A stretch of 64,000 nt of DNA from Octopus bimaculoides (lineage: Eukaryota), in assembly GCF_001194135.2 (NCBI RefSeq), contig NC_069003.1, positions 13,458,189 to 13,522,188 of the forward strand. Direction: 5' to 3'. The notes beneath the pieces are model-generated. The model had not been told where the DNA came from. It saw nothing but the letters and a program-made list of their open reading frames with translations, and made no database searches. Below, one piece after another: positions 1-12,589 of this stretch; positions within the stretch are counted from its first letter, which is position 1, and each line of letters opens with the position of its first letter. The position numbers and the translations under genes are program-made.

Positions 1-94
1 CGGTAGAGAGAGTGGTAGAGGGAGAAACAAAGGGAGGAAGTAGAAGAATAGATGAGCAACAGGGGAAAAGAGAAAGAGAGGAAATACCAGGGGG

Positions 95-302
95 AGGCCG
101 TTGCCAGTACCGCTGGACTGGCCCTCATGCCAGTGGCATGTAAAAAGCACCCACTACACTCTCAGAGTGGTTGGTGTTAGGAAGGGCATCCCGCTGTAGA
201 AACTCTGCCAGATCAGATTGGAGTCTGGTGTAACCATCTGGTTCACCAGTCAAATCGTCCAACCCATGCTAGCATGGAAAGCGGACGTTAAATGATGATG
301 AT
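95..302 (+). mobile_element. Repeat family C (RTE-tail retroposon); other copies at about 9820-10003, 19665-20040 (-), 25050-25200, 47480-47830, 48330-48620
   Basis: Recurrent gcacgtaaaagcacccactacactctcggagtggttggcgttaggaagggcatccagctgtagaaactctgcc..gcatggaaagcggacgttaaatgatgatgat; same tail as the RTE fragment at 27800. Confidence 0.8.
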
Positions 303-772
303 TATATATATATATATACCCAACAATTAAGCCAAATTAACGTCCAGTAACCAAAAGTCTGAAAACAAGCATGGGCACCCAAGACATACCTTTGAAAATA
401 CTTTAGACAGACAAAATGTAGCTTTGTATATAGTAGCCAGTGCATGTTCAGTGTAAGTTGTAGCAGCCAGCACAAATACCTGCTCTATTGCTACATGTAT
501 GAATGAACGTTTTGGTGGTGGTGATGGCGGTGGCGGCGGCGGAAAGAAAACAGTGAATAAACAAACAAGGTAGCCTCTACATGGCTGCTCACGCAGCTAG
601 AAATAGCAACCGACTGCTTTTTCTTGAGCTAAGAAAGGCACATTGAGTTGACCCAGCTACACTAAGAGGACTGACGACCTAGGGCTAAACAACAGCAACA
701 ATAAGAACCTGGTGAAATGGATCAGTCTTGGAAAGCTTAATCTACATTTGTCTGTGCAACCAAACTACCGAT

Positions 773-809
<37 letters not shown>

Positions 810-3766
810 CATATTTCCCCCTCCCAAGTTTCAGCTGTGGTCAGTGAAGCTGACAAATACTTAGGGATTTGATCATGTGATTCACACCATCTGGGTATCC
901 AGCCCTTTACAGTTTTAAAGACAGTAGGGTGTGTGTGATATGATGGAAATTTTAACTGCTGTTTCCAGCAGACTGGGCAACCATGTCGAAACTCTCTATC
1001 TATCTCTATTTCTCTCTCCCTCTCATATATATATATATATATATATATCTTTTATCTCTTTTACTTGTTTCAGTCGTTTGACTGTGGCCTTGCTGGAGCA
1101 CCGCCTTTAGTCGAGCAAATCGACCCCAGGACTTATCCTTTGTAAGCCTAGTACTTATTCTATCGATCTCTTTTGCCGAACCGCTAAGTTACGGGGACGT
1201 AAACACACCAGCATCGGTTGTCAAGTGATGTTGGGGGGACAAACACAGACACATAAACATACACACACATATATATATATATACATATATACGACGGGCT
1301 TCTTTCAGTTTCCATNNNNNNNNNNNNNNNNNNNNNNNNNNNNNNNNNNNNNNNNNNNNNNNNNNNNNNNNNNNNNNNNNNNNNNNNNNNNNNNNNNNNN
1401 NNNNNNNNNNNNNNNNNNNNNNNNNNNNNNNNNNNNNNNNNNNNNNNNNNNNNNNNNNNNNNNNNNNNNNNNNNNNNNNNNNNNNNNNNNNNNNNNNNNN
1501 NNNNNNNNNNNNNNNNNNNNNNNNNNNNNNNNNNNNNNNNNNNNNNNNNNNNNNNNNNNNNNNNNNNNNNNNNNNNNNNNNNNNNNNNNNNNNNNNNNNN
1601 NNNNNNNNNNNNNNNNNNNNNNNNNNNNNNNNNNNNNNNNNNNNNNNNNNNNNNNNNNNNNNNNNNNNNNNNNNNNNNNNNNNNNNNNNNNNNNNNNNNN
1701 NNNNNNNNNNNNNNNNNNNNNNNNNNNNNNNNNNNNNNNNNNNNNNNNNNNNNNNNNNNNNNNNNNNNNNNNNNNNNNNNNNNNNNNNNNNNNNNNNNNN
1801 NNNNNNNNNNNNNNNNNNNNNNNNNNNNNNNNNNNNNNNNNNNNNNNNNNNNNNNNNNNNNNNNNNNNNNNNNNNNNNNNNNNNNNNNNNNNNNNNNNNN
1901 NNNNNNNNNNNNNNNNNNNNNNNNNNNNNNNNNNNNNNNNNNNNNNNNNNNNNNNNNNNNNNNNNNNNNNNNNNNNNNNNNNNNNTATATATATATATAT
2001 ATATACATACATACACACACAGGTAAGTACATAAGTGCCAAACAAGGTGGAAAAAATAGTACTTGAATACCAAAAGTAGAGTAATATACTTTTTATTAAA
2101 GCTGCAAAATTATCACAGCTGTCCAACAAATAGGAACATGACTCTCTGAGTAACAGATGCACCTTCATTCAGAGTCTTTCCACAAGCATGGTCCGAAGCT
2201 AATATTTAATATATATATATATATATATACATATATATATACATACATACATATGTAATCTGTATTTGTGTGTGTGTGTCCTCCTTTCTCTCTCTGTCTG
2301 TCTGTCTGTCTCTCTCTCTCTATCTATCTATCTCTCCTCATTAACATATGTTGTTGTTTAGCCCCAGTTCAACCCTTATCAAGCAGAATCGAGCAGATCT
2401 TTCACCAAAGGTGTTTAAAAACCAAGCCATAACCATCCATCCAGGTCTCTTTATTATATCAGAGGGGCTACAATTCCACAATATTTTTTAAAGGCTTTTT
2501 CAAAGTTGGTCGGTCGTGGAAGTTGTATTTGAGAGTGAATTTGAGCTGTTGTTTCTAGCAGAGAAAGTTTCCATCATTGACTCGTTATGCATTCTTGTTA
2601 TTGTTTGCTGATGGTCTTGCTTTTCGTTTTTGCTGTGCTGTTGTTATTGTTGTTGTGCTGTTGTTATTGGTATTGTCCTGGGTGCATTTTGTAAACAACA
2701 ATGAATCACAATGCGTACTCCCCGCCCTGCTTACCTTGTCCTACTTCCTTAATCTCTTCTCCTCATCCCTCCCTCCACTCCCTACACCTCTCTCTCTCTC
2801 TAAGGTACCAACAGCATCCGCTGTCTTGTCTGTTCTCCATTCCTCACTCACCTTAAAACTCCACCCAGCCCCCAAGGCATTTGTGCATTATATTTTTTTA
2901 ATTGTATTTTTTTTTTGAAGTTTTTTTATTATTTTATTTTTCACTTCCTCCGGCAACATCTCTCCACAACCTCATTATGGCTAATCTGCCCTGTCTCCTT
3001 GCCAAGAACATCATCATCATTACTCTAACCACCACCACCACCATCATCATCAACATTATCATCATCATCATCTTTATTTTTGTCGTCATCATGACAACTA
3101 CAATCACCACTGTCATCTTAATCGCCACCTTAACCATCATCATCATCATCATTACAACTAACGCAACCACCACCATCACCACCACCACCACCACCATCAC
3201 CACCACCACCACCATCACCACCACCACCACTGTTATCATGATGGCCAACATCATCATCATCATCATCACTACCACCACCACCACTGTCATCATCATCACC
3301 ACAGCCACCATCATCATAATCACCACCATTATCATCTGGTGCTGNNNNNNNNNNNNNNNNNNNNNNNNNNNNNNNNNNNNNNNNNNNNNNNNNNNNNNNN
3401 NNNNNNNNNNNNNNNNNNNNNNNNNNNNNNNNNNNNNNNNNNNNNNNNNNNNNNNNNNNNNNNNNNNNNNNNNNNNNNNNNNNNNNNNNNNNNNNNNNNN
3501 NNNNNNNNNNNNNNNNNNNNNNNNNNNNNNNNNNNNNNNNNNNNNNNNNNNNNNNNNNNNNNNNNNNNNNNNNNNNNNNNNNNNNNTGCCACCCTCTCAT
3601 TCAGCATCACATTACACCATCCTCCTCCTCCTCCTCCTCCTCCTGCGTACGCAGTAGAAAGTGAAGCCATGGATTAATTTATTCTACTTTCCTCCAGTCC
3701 GCAGCAGCAGCAGCACTTGCACCAATCTCACCAGGGTGTGTGTACATGCACGCACACACATACACA

Positions 3767-3809
<43 letters not shown>

Positions 3810-4360
3810 ACACACACAAACACTTGCATGCATTTATATATATATATTTAGGTTAATAAAACTGTGCCTTATAAGTATATTGAGTCCTGCTATGTCAGAG
3901 CAGAAATGTAATATATAGGCACAAACATGGCTTTGTGGTAAGAAACTTTGGTTTTGGGTTCAGTCCCACTGCCTGGCACCTTGGGGCAAGTGATTGGGTA
4001 AATATTTATGCCTTCTTAAATGCAGATGTTCTGTTAGAACAAACTATACTGCAGTGGATACCATGAGAGAACCTCTCCTATTGGCTAATTGCGACAACAG
4101 TACCTGTCCTGGCACTGATTTTCTATATATTGCTGGTGGGGAGATCAGTGGCTGCTATCTCTAGTGGTTGAGTGCTTGTCATTGATAAGACCAGGGAAGG
4201 TTAAAATCACATAATCTGGTGGCCTCAGTGCTTGAGATGGTGGGAATTTATCCCCCTGCTAGCAATATAAACAAGAGATAGTGTAAGAGTATATCTCATT
4301 GTATCTACCACAGTTTAGTTTGTTCTATGTTTAAGTGGGCATAAATAAATATATGTGTCT

Positions 4361-4524
4361 ATAGGCGCAGCGTGACTATGTGGTAAGAAGCTTGCTTCCC
4401 ACCCACATGGTTCCAGGTTCAGTCCCACTGCATGGCACCTTAGGCAAGTATCTTCTCCTATAATTTCAGGCCAACCAAAGCCTTGTGAGTGGATTTGGTA
4501 CACGGAAACTGAAAGAAGCCCATC

Positions 4525-4560
<36 letters not shown>

Positions 4561-4770
4561 TATATTTGTGTGTCTGTGTTTGTCCCCACCACCACCACTG
4601 CTTGACAACTGACGTTGGTGTGTTTACATCCCTGTAACTTAGTGGTTCAGCAAAAGCGACCGATAGAATAAGTACTAGGCTTACAAAGAATAAGTCCTGG
4701 AGCCGATTTGTTCAACTAAAGGTAGTGCTCCAGCCTGGCCGCAGTCAAATGAATGAAACAAGTAAAAGAA
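4361..4770 (+). mobile_element. SINE family A (tRNA-derived head, CORE-like segment, internal (TA)n/(TG)n), full copy
   Basis: A-box tggctgtgtgg / B-box ggttcagtccc, ggcaccttgggcaagtgtcttctac, tail gactgaaacaagtaaaag; roughly 20 or more copies in window. Confidence 0.88.
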
Positions 4771-4774
4771 AAAG

Positions 4775-4809
<35 letters not shown>

Positions 4810-4958
4810 TATGCAGGGCAGGGAATCGTCAATTAGTAATAAAATTAATAATCAACAATTTTGCCGGGTAGTTTTGAAATCAGTAGTTCTTTGACTGCTA
4901 TTTCTGAATTCTCAGTATGTTGGAGAAGCAGGTTACTGTCAATCCCTATATATTTATG

Positions 4959-4992
<34 letters not shown>

Positions 4993-6788
4993 ATGGGCTT
5001 TTTTCAATTTCCGTCTGCCAAATTCACTCACAAATCTTTGGTTGGCTTGGCATGTAGTAAAAGACACTTGGCCAAGGTGCCACATTCTGGGATTGAACCC
5101 AGAACCTTGTGGTTGGAAAGTAAACTTCTTACCCCACAGTTATGCCTGCACCTTTTATGTGAGGTTAATATTTGAGACTGTATTGTTACTAACTTGACCA
5201 AAATGGATTTGGTGACAAAGACACGAAGACAGACAGACAACTGTACTACAGCTGTAGTATTCCAATGTATAGTACCAGTCATACACTGGGGTCGGTTCAC
5301 TTTGTTCTCATTATCTAACAACCTTGCAGAAAGTACCTTGAGCCTGTTATTGTTGTTGCTTTTACTGTCTTGTTTTTTATTTTCAAGTTTTGTACTTGTT
5401 ATTGCTGTTGTTTATCATTATTGCTTGTTGTTGATGATGATGATGATGACGATGACGATGCACTTGTGTTTTATCATTGTTGTTATGTGATTAGAATTGG
5501 AGATAACCCGTCACCAACAACAACAACAACAACAACAACATCAGCACATTGTACTCTGTGTACTTGTTCATCATGGTAATAACAACACAACAACGAGAAC
5601 AACAACAGACAGATAACAACAACTGCAACAACAAGGATTAGTCAAAATAAATCATCACTGTCATCATCACTATGATCATCATCATCATTACCATCATCGT
5701 TGTCATCGTCATCATAATGCTAACATCAACAACAACAGACAATATAAACAACAACAGCAACAGCTAAAACAACCATATATGGACAAAAATTAGTAAAAAC
5801 AATCATCATTGTCACCATCACCATCATTGTCATCATCACCATCATTGTCGTCATCATTGTCATCATCACCATCATTGTCGTCATCATTGTCACCTCACCG
5901 TCATTGTCATCATCATTGTCATTTTAACTTTTCCTGACTGGAAGGATTCGAGAGGGTTTCCTGAAGCAGTGTTTTTTACAACCTGATGCCCTTCTTGATC
6001 CTAAAATATTTTAGTTGCCTTCTAGCATATACTGGGACATGGCATACCAATTCTAAAAGCTGGGATACATAAAGTTTCCAAGTGAGAACTTNNNNNNNNN
6101 NNNNNNNNNNNNNNNNNNNNNNNNNNNNNNNNNNNNNNNNNNNNNNNNNNNNNNNNNNNNNNNNNNNNNNNNNNNNNNNNNNNNNNNNNNNNNNNNNNNN
6201 NNNNNNNNNNNNNNNNNNNNNNNNNNNNNNNNNNNNNNNNNNNNNNNNNNNGACAACCAATGTTGGTATGTTTAGCAGTTCAGCAAAAGAGACCAATAGA
6301 ATAAGTACTAGGTTTACAAAGAATATGTCCTGGTGTCAATTTCTTTAACTGAAACCCTTTAAGGTGGTACTCCAGTATGGCCACAGCCAAAATGACTGAA
6401 ACTAGTAAAAGAATAAAAGAATAAGGCGGGGTTTGGTGCCACTGCTATGCACCTTGGGTAAGTGTCTTCTAGAGCTTCAAGCTGACCAAAGCCTTGTGAG
6501 TGGATTTCGTAAATTGAAACTGAAAGAAACCCATCATGTGTGTGTGTGTGTGTCATTTTGCTTGCATTTCTACTTGACAACCAGTGTTGGTTTGTTTGTG
6601 TCCACATAAAATAGTTTGGCAAAAGAAACTGATAAATTAAGTATGAAACTTAAAATAAATACCAGGGTTAATTTGTTCAACTAAATCCACCAGGGTGGTG
6701 CTCCAGCATGGTCTCAATCCAATGACTGAACCAAGTAAGGATAAAAGATAGCATTATTATCTCCAGTTAAGTAATAATAGGTGTGTTT

Positions 6789-7368
6789 CTCAGAATGGAT
6801 ACACTAAGGTTATCATACTTTACTATGATGACCAATAAACTATAAGACAGGTGTTGACCTAATATTATTACTAAACTATATAGGTCATGGTTACATCTCA
6901 GAATAGATATAGCAAGGTTGTGATATAATAATATCTGATAGATCATAAGACATGTGTTAAGCTAATATTGTTACTAACTGCAATCAATTATCATATCTCA
7001 AGGTAAACAACCCAAGGTAATTACACTATGATAATCGACAGATCATAAGTCATGTCAACCTAATATTATTAACATCAGTTAATTATGTCTCAAGGTTATT
7101 AAACTATGATAACCGATAAATTATACGACAGGTGTTGACCTAATATTACTAAACTACAGTTCATGATGACATCTCAGAATAGACATACCAAGGTTATGAA
7201 ACAATAGATAACTGATAGATCATAAATTATAAGACGGGTCTTAACCTAATATCATTACTTACTACAGTTCACAGTGACCTCTCAGATGAGATATACCAAG
7301 ATTATTAAGCAATGATAAATGGCTGGTCCTAAGATGTGTTTACCTAATATTATTACAAAACCTCAGTT
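6789..7368. repeat. Diverged tandem repeat, 6 units of about 84-108 bp
   Basis: Units start ctcag/ctcaag at 6789, 6897, 6997, 7089, 7173, 7281 and share caagg, ataagac and cctaatatta motifs. Confidence 0.75.
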
Positions 7369-7672
7369 ACTGGCACCATTGCAAGTTAACACTTTGCCCA
7401 TCATGGGAGTCGCTGGTGACTTTTGTAGTACAAATGAATATAATATTCATTCTGTACTGTGGGAATCACTGGTGATATCTTATCCATCCATCCATCTGTC
7501 CGTCCATCTTCTCTGCTCTCTATTCCTGACCAAACTGTTTTTGTTTTCTTGTAGCTTCAATCTTCCTTAAAATAAGTACCAGTTGAATACTGGGGTCAAT
7601 TTCATCAACTTATCCTTCCACTGAAATTGCAGGCTTTGTGCCAAAAATTTGAAATTATCATTGTTATTATTA

Positions 7673-7900
7673 AGGCAGTGAGCTGGCGGAATTGTTAGCA
7701 TGCCAGGCGAAATGCTTAGCAGTATTTGGTCTGCCACTACATACTGAGTTCAAATTCTACCGAGACCGACTTTGCCTTTCATTCTTTCAAGGTCAATGAA
7801 GTAAGTACCAGTTACACACTGGGGTCAATGTAATTGACTAGCCCCCTCCCCACCAAATCTCAGGCCTTGTGCCTAGAGTAGAAAGGATTATTATTATTAC
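7673..7900 (+). mobile_element. SINE family B (tRNA-like head, conserved central gcctttcatcctttc.gggtcgataaa.taagtacca block, (ATT)n tail); other copies at about 14445-14660 (-), 15160-15350 (-), 16081-16325, 18405-18635, 48690-48895 (-), 55040-55260, 56340-56530, 56555-56760
   Basis: Recurrent ggcagtgagctggcagaatcgttagca..ttctgagttcaaatt..gccttgtgcct..gattattatt. Confidence 0.85.
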
Positions 7901-8126
7901 TATTACGGTAGCAAGCTGATTCATTAGCAATGTTGGACAAAATGTTTAGTAACATTTCTTCTGATTCTGTTAAGGTCAACTTTGCTTTTTATCAGGTGCA
8001 ATAAGGGTCAGTGTAATCAACTGACCCCCTCCCTGTGAAAGTTTCATGCCTTTTGCCTACAGTAAAAATAATTATTTTTGTTGTTGTTGTTGTTCATTTC
8101 TTTTTTTTTTCTACTTTTGTTTACAG

Positions 8127-8272
8127 TTCAACATCAAGAGAAGCAGCAAGATGCACTCAAACAACAGCAGCAGCAGCAGCAGCAACAACAGCAGCAACAG
8201 CAGCAGCAGCAGGCTCTGGTGCAACATGCAATCACTCAGCAAGTGTTACCTCCCAATGCCCCGTGGCAGACC
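8127..8272 (+). CDS. CHERP: CHERP exon (polyQ region after SURP; 3' end lost in N gap): VQHQEKQQDALKQ17ALVQHAITQQVLPPNAPWQT
   Basis: Strong acceptor ttctacttttgtttacag|, open Q-rich frame running into gap 8273-8824. Confidence 0.75.
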
Positions 8273-8824
8273 NNNNNNNNNNNNNNNNNNNNNNNNNNNN
8301 NNNNNNNNNNNNNNNNNNNNNNNNNNNNNNNNNNNNNNNNNNNNNNNNNNNNNNNNNNNNNNNNNNNNNNNNNNNNNNNNNNNNNNNNNNNNNNNNNNNN
8401 NNNNNNNNNNNNNNNNNNNNNNNNNNNNNNNNNNNNNNNNNNNNNNNNNNNNNNNNNNNNNNNNNNNNNNNNNNNNNNNNNNNNNNNNNNNNNNNNNNNN
8501 NNNNNNNNNNNNNNNNNNNNNNNNNNNNNNNNNNNNNNNNNNNNNNNNNNNNNNNNNNNNNNNNNNNNNNNNNNNNNNNNNNNNNNNNNNNNNNNNNNNN
8601 NNNNNNNNNNNNNNNNNNNNNNNNNNNNNNNNNNNNNNNNNNNNNNNNNNNNNNNNNNNNNNNNNNNNNNNNNNNNNNNNNNNNNNNNNNNNNNNNNNNN
8701 NNNNNNNNNNNNNNNNNNNNNNNNNNNNNNNNNNNNNNNNNNNNNNNNNNNNNNNNNNNNNNNNNNNNNNNNNNNNNNNNNNNNNNNNNNNNNNNNNNNN
8801 NNNNNNNNNNNNNNNNNNNNNNNN

Positions 8825-8960
8825 GTACTTCTCTCTCTCTCTGTACTTCTCTCCCTCTCTGTACTTCTCTCTCTCTCTGTACTTCTCTCTCTCTCTGTAC
8901 TTCTCTCTCTCTCTGTACTTCTCTCCCTCTCTGTACTTCTCTCTCTCTGTACTTCTCTCT
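8825..8960. repeat. 18-bp minisatellite gtacttctctctctctct within a CT tract
   Basis: Direct inspection. Confidence 0.8.
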
Positions 8961-9386
8961 TTTTTCTGTTTCTACCTTCCTTCTCTCTCTCTCTCTCTCA
9001 TTTCCATTCTCTTTCTCCCCCTCTTTTTCTCTGTCTCTGCCTATCTCTCTCTCTCTTTACCCACCTCTCTCTCTTTCTCACTGCTTATCTTCTTCCTTCT
9101 CTCTCTTTCTCTTCCACTTTTCCATCTCTTTCTATTTTCTTACTGTCTTCCTTCTCTCACTCTTTCTTGCTCTCCCTTCTTTCTCTCCCTCTCTCTCTTG
9201 CTTTCTCTGTAACTGTGTGTGTATCTCTCTCCCCCTCTCATATACATATTAATGTTTGGTTTGATATTGAATTGAGCAGAGGGTTGAATGTCTCAATGTT
9301 TCTCAAAAGTACAGAATAAAAGTCAGTTTGTCAATGTCCCAAAGTTGTGTTCCCTGTTTAATGTTGAAGTCTATTTTGTTTCACAG

Positions 9387-9524
9387 ATCCAGATTGAAGA
9401 GGCAATACTGAAATGTCGTATGAAGATGGTGGAAAAACTGTCAGAGGAATGTGATATTGACCTATGTGAGTTAGATAAAACGGTACAACCCATTATTGAA
9501 TCGTGCACTAAGGACGCAATTCTG
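9387..9524 (+). CDS. CHERP: CHERP exon, start of CID domain: IQIEEAILKCRMKMVEKLSEECDIDLCELDKTVQPIIESCTKDAIL
   Basis: tttcacag| acceptor, |gtgagt donor, 138 nt phase 0-0; QPIIESCTKDAI matches human QPIIDTCTKDAI. Confidence 0.95.
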
Positions 9525-9665
9525 GTGAGTCTTTAGTTACATGAAACAACAATTCTGCTCTCCCTCAAATCACACACAATAAGAGAATGTGACTTGAAGG
9601 AGATTTAAATTTGGTTACACTCTGTTATCTTCAGTTAATCCTCTGTTTTTGTCTCTTTTTCCCAG

Positions 9666-9742
9666 AATGGTAAAAGCTGGATATTCACACATTGTTTCAC
9701 AGAAGATCACTGTCAACTTATTGCACAGTATTTATTGAACAG
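9666..9742 (+). CDS. CHERP: CHERP CID exon: NGKSWIFTHCFTEDHCQLIAQYLLNR
   Basis: cttttcccag| acceptor, |gtaact donor, 77 nt phase 0-2; matches human AGKNWMF...HCELMA.HLRNR. Confidence 0.93.
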
Positions 9743-10045
9743 GTAACTTCCTTTCCTCTACTATCCACTACTGCATGTTCAGATCACCCCTTCCCTCCTC
9801 CTTTTTCTTTAAATGTGCCAGTGGCACATAAAAATCACCCAGCACACTCTGGGAAGTGGTTGGCATTAGGAAGGGCATCATCCAGCTGTAGAAACCATGC
9901 CACAACAGACAATTGGAGTCTGAATAGCTCCCCGACTAGCCAGCTCATCAAACCATCCAACCCATGCCTGTATGGAAAACAGACATTAAATGATGATGAT
10001 ATATGTGTATCTATCTCTCAGTCTCTCTGTCTATCCATCTGTTTA

Positions 10046-10086
<41 letters not shown>

Positions 10087-10437
10087 GTCTCTATCCATCT
10101 GTCTGTCAATCTATCTGTCTTTGCATCTATCCATCTATCTATCTATCTAACTATCTATCTATTTCATTTAAACTGAATATTCATTTTGTAACCAAAGTTT
10201 CATGCTGCTGCAATCTTCAGGCAAGAACTATTGCAACTTAATATTGCTATTCTTTTATTATATCCATTGGTGTAACTGTGCCATCTGGTTTATGTGTATA
10301 TGTGTGTGCATATATGATGTGTATACTGATACATGTGTGTGCTGTGTGTTTAGCTTCATTCATTTAACAACATTCTCCATTGATGTTGGTAACCAGTCGA
10401 AAGTCTAAACCCTTCTCTGTGTGTTCTTGTTTTCCAG

Positions 10438-10512
10438 GATTACAGACAAGGAGTCCAGCTTTGACGTCAAACTGCATCTCATCTATCTCATCAATGACCT
10501 GTTGCATCACTG
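10438..10512 (+). CDS. CHERP: CHERP CID exon: ITDKESSFDVKLHLIYLINDLLHHC
   Basis: tgttttccag| acceptor, |gtaagt donor, 75 nt phase 2-2; LHLIYLIND is the CID signature. Confidence 0.96.
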
Positions 10513-10683
10513 GTAAGTCCCATTGCTTCTGCCTCCACCTCATCTTTGCAATCTGTGTGTGTGTGTGTGTGTTAATGGGGGTGTTAATGGGGGTGATAAT
10601 GGGGGTGATAATGGGGAATGATGAAGACTTGAACCTAGCCATGCCATTAACTTGGTGATATTTATGCTGAACATTTCATCATC

Positions 10684-10738
<55 letters not shown>

Positions 10739-11214
10739 NNNNNNNNNNNNNNNNNNNNNNNNNNNNNNNNNNNNNNNNNNNNNNNNNNNNNNNNNNNNNN
10801 NNNNNNNNNNNNNNNNNNNNNNNNNNNNNCTCTCTCTCTCTCTCTCTCTCCCTCTCTCTCTCTCTCTCTGCTTGCTGCTATTGTTGCTGATGCAGATTAT
10901 GATGATGATGATTGTCATACAGTTCACTTCACCCCCCCCGTCATCTCTCTTCCACCCTACCTCTCTCTCTCTCCCACACACACAACTATTTCTGACTGTT
11001 GTTGTAGTTGTTTTATGGGTTCTTGATGTGTTTTCATATATTTTTTATTGTTTTTTTTTCTTCTCCTTTTTGCATATTGTTCTGATCGAAAGCACACTCC
11101 ACCCCCACCCTGCTAGTTGTGATGGAGTGTTGGTAGGGGTGGATCAGTGGTGGTAACTGGTAATTGGTGGTGGTGGTGGTGGTGGTGGTGGTGGTGGTGG
11201 CTGTCATAACCAGC

Positions 11215-11600
11215 ACCACAACACCATTAATGCCAATGCCTCTACCAACACAACTACCACCACCACCTCTACTACCACCAACACCTCTACCATCACCAAC
11301 ACCCCAACCATCAGCATCACCAACAACAACTCCACCATTAACACCACCTCTTTCAGCACCACAACTATCACCAACACCTCTACCAAAGCCACCACCTCTA
11401 CTATCACCAACACCCCCACCATCAACTTCACCAACAACTCCACCATTAACACCACCTCTACCAAGGCCATCACCAACAACTCAACCATTAACACCACCTC
11501 TATCACCACTACCACCAACACCTCTACCAAGACCACTACCTCTACCATCACCAACAACCCCACCATCAACAAACACTACTTCTACCACCACCACCACCAC
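11215..11600. repeat. CCA/ACA-rich compound minisatellite
   Basis: Recurring caccaacaactccaccattaacaccacctct and ccaacacctctacc blocks. Confidence 0.8.
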
Positions 11601-12589
11601 CAGTTTCTGCATATTCTTCAAGCCAAAACTAAAATATCGTTTCTTTGCTACAATGTGCAGAGTACAGTGACTTCTTCATCATCAGCAGGTGCAGTGTTTT
11701 TCTGCAGTCACTGCACGTGTTCTTTGTTTTCCTGTAAAACAAGATTTTATTTTTACCTCTCCCTCTTTGCACCTGTTAATTGGTACATCAACAGGTGTTC
11801 ACAACGGTTGCTAATTGCGCATTGCACTGCTAACATTGTTTATTGCATAACCTGCGCCGCCATTGCTATCTTACCCTTGCTAAAACTAGTGCAACTAGCA
11901 TTCACAGTTCTCAGTTTCATGCACTTCATCTTGCTGCACTGCGGCTTTTGTTTTGCTGTTGCACACTTCCACCATTACTTCCTCTTCCTCAACTCATGCA
12001 ACAGGTGCGCAATCTTGTCAGTGACTGTTTACTGCACTTAGCTACTTTAAGTGTAATGCATCTTTCTACACTGTGAATATGCTGTGTAGTGCAGTGTGCA
12101 TAACATGGGTAAGTTTGTGTTTGTGTGCATGTGTGTTTGCATGCACATGCGCATATACTTGTCTTACACATTCTGCACTTTGGTTATTGATAGGAAGGGC
12201 ATCTGATTGTAAAATAATGCCTCAGTCATATAGTAGTTGTCTTGGTTATGCTACCATGGAGAAATGGAGAACACACATGAAAACATATGGATGAATATAT
12301 GTACACACACACACATACACACCATCATCGTCATTGTGAAACTTTCCTTTTTCCATACTGGACTGGATTGGATCATTCAACATAAACTCATAAGCAAGAA
12401 GGCTACAATGAACTCCAGTGTCTGCTTTGGCATAATTTCTACAGCTGCTGGATGCCTTTCCTAATGGCAACCACCTCACAGAGTATACAGGGTGATTTGT
12501 AAGATCATCAAGTATTTGTAAGACAAGCCTCCCTCCCTCAGCTGAGTGGGGGTATAGTATTGAGAGAGAGGTGATACTTAAGCAATATA

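Noticed and set aside
1184-2168. Long ORFs spanning N gaps (also at 8035-9319, 22257-22796, 29163-29736, 46330-47009, 55620-56261, 58972-59368, 60554-61457)
   Set aside because: Length is an artefact of Ns translating as X; flanks are microsatellite or SINE, except the true exon at 8127
2902-3657. Poly-Ile/Thr/Met/Val ORFs on both strands (also 47250-47497, 50525-50925, 41664-41800)
   Set aside because: (CAT/CAC/ATT)n microsatellites lack stops in several frames; no codon or splice support
4361-4440. tRNA-like A/B boxes in the many SINE heads
   Set aside because: No cloverleaf or acceptor stem; embedded in about 450-bp dispersed repeats, so not tRNA genes
1-8126. CHERP start and SURP-domain exon(s)
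   Set aside because: No IIDKLA.FVARNGPEFE-like coding segment found; presumably upstream of the window or hidden in gaps 1316-1985, 3345-3587 or 6092-6251
11164-11670. 168-aa Pro/Thr-rich mucin- or extensin-like ORF
   Set aside because: Compound CCA minisatellite open in multiple frames and strands; no convincing splice sites; lies in a CHERP intron
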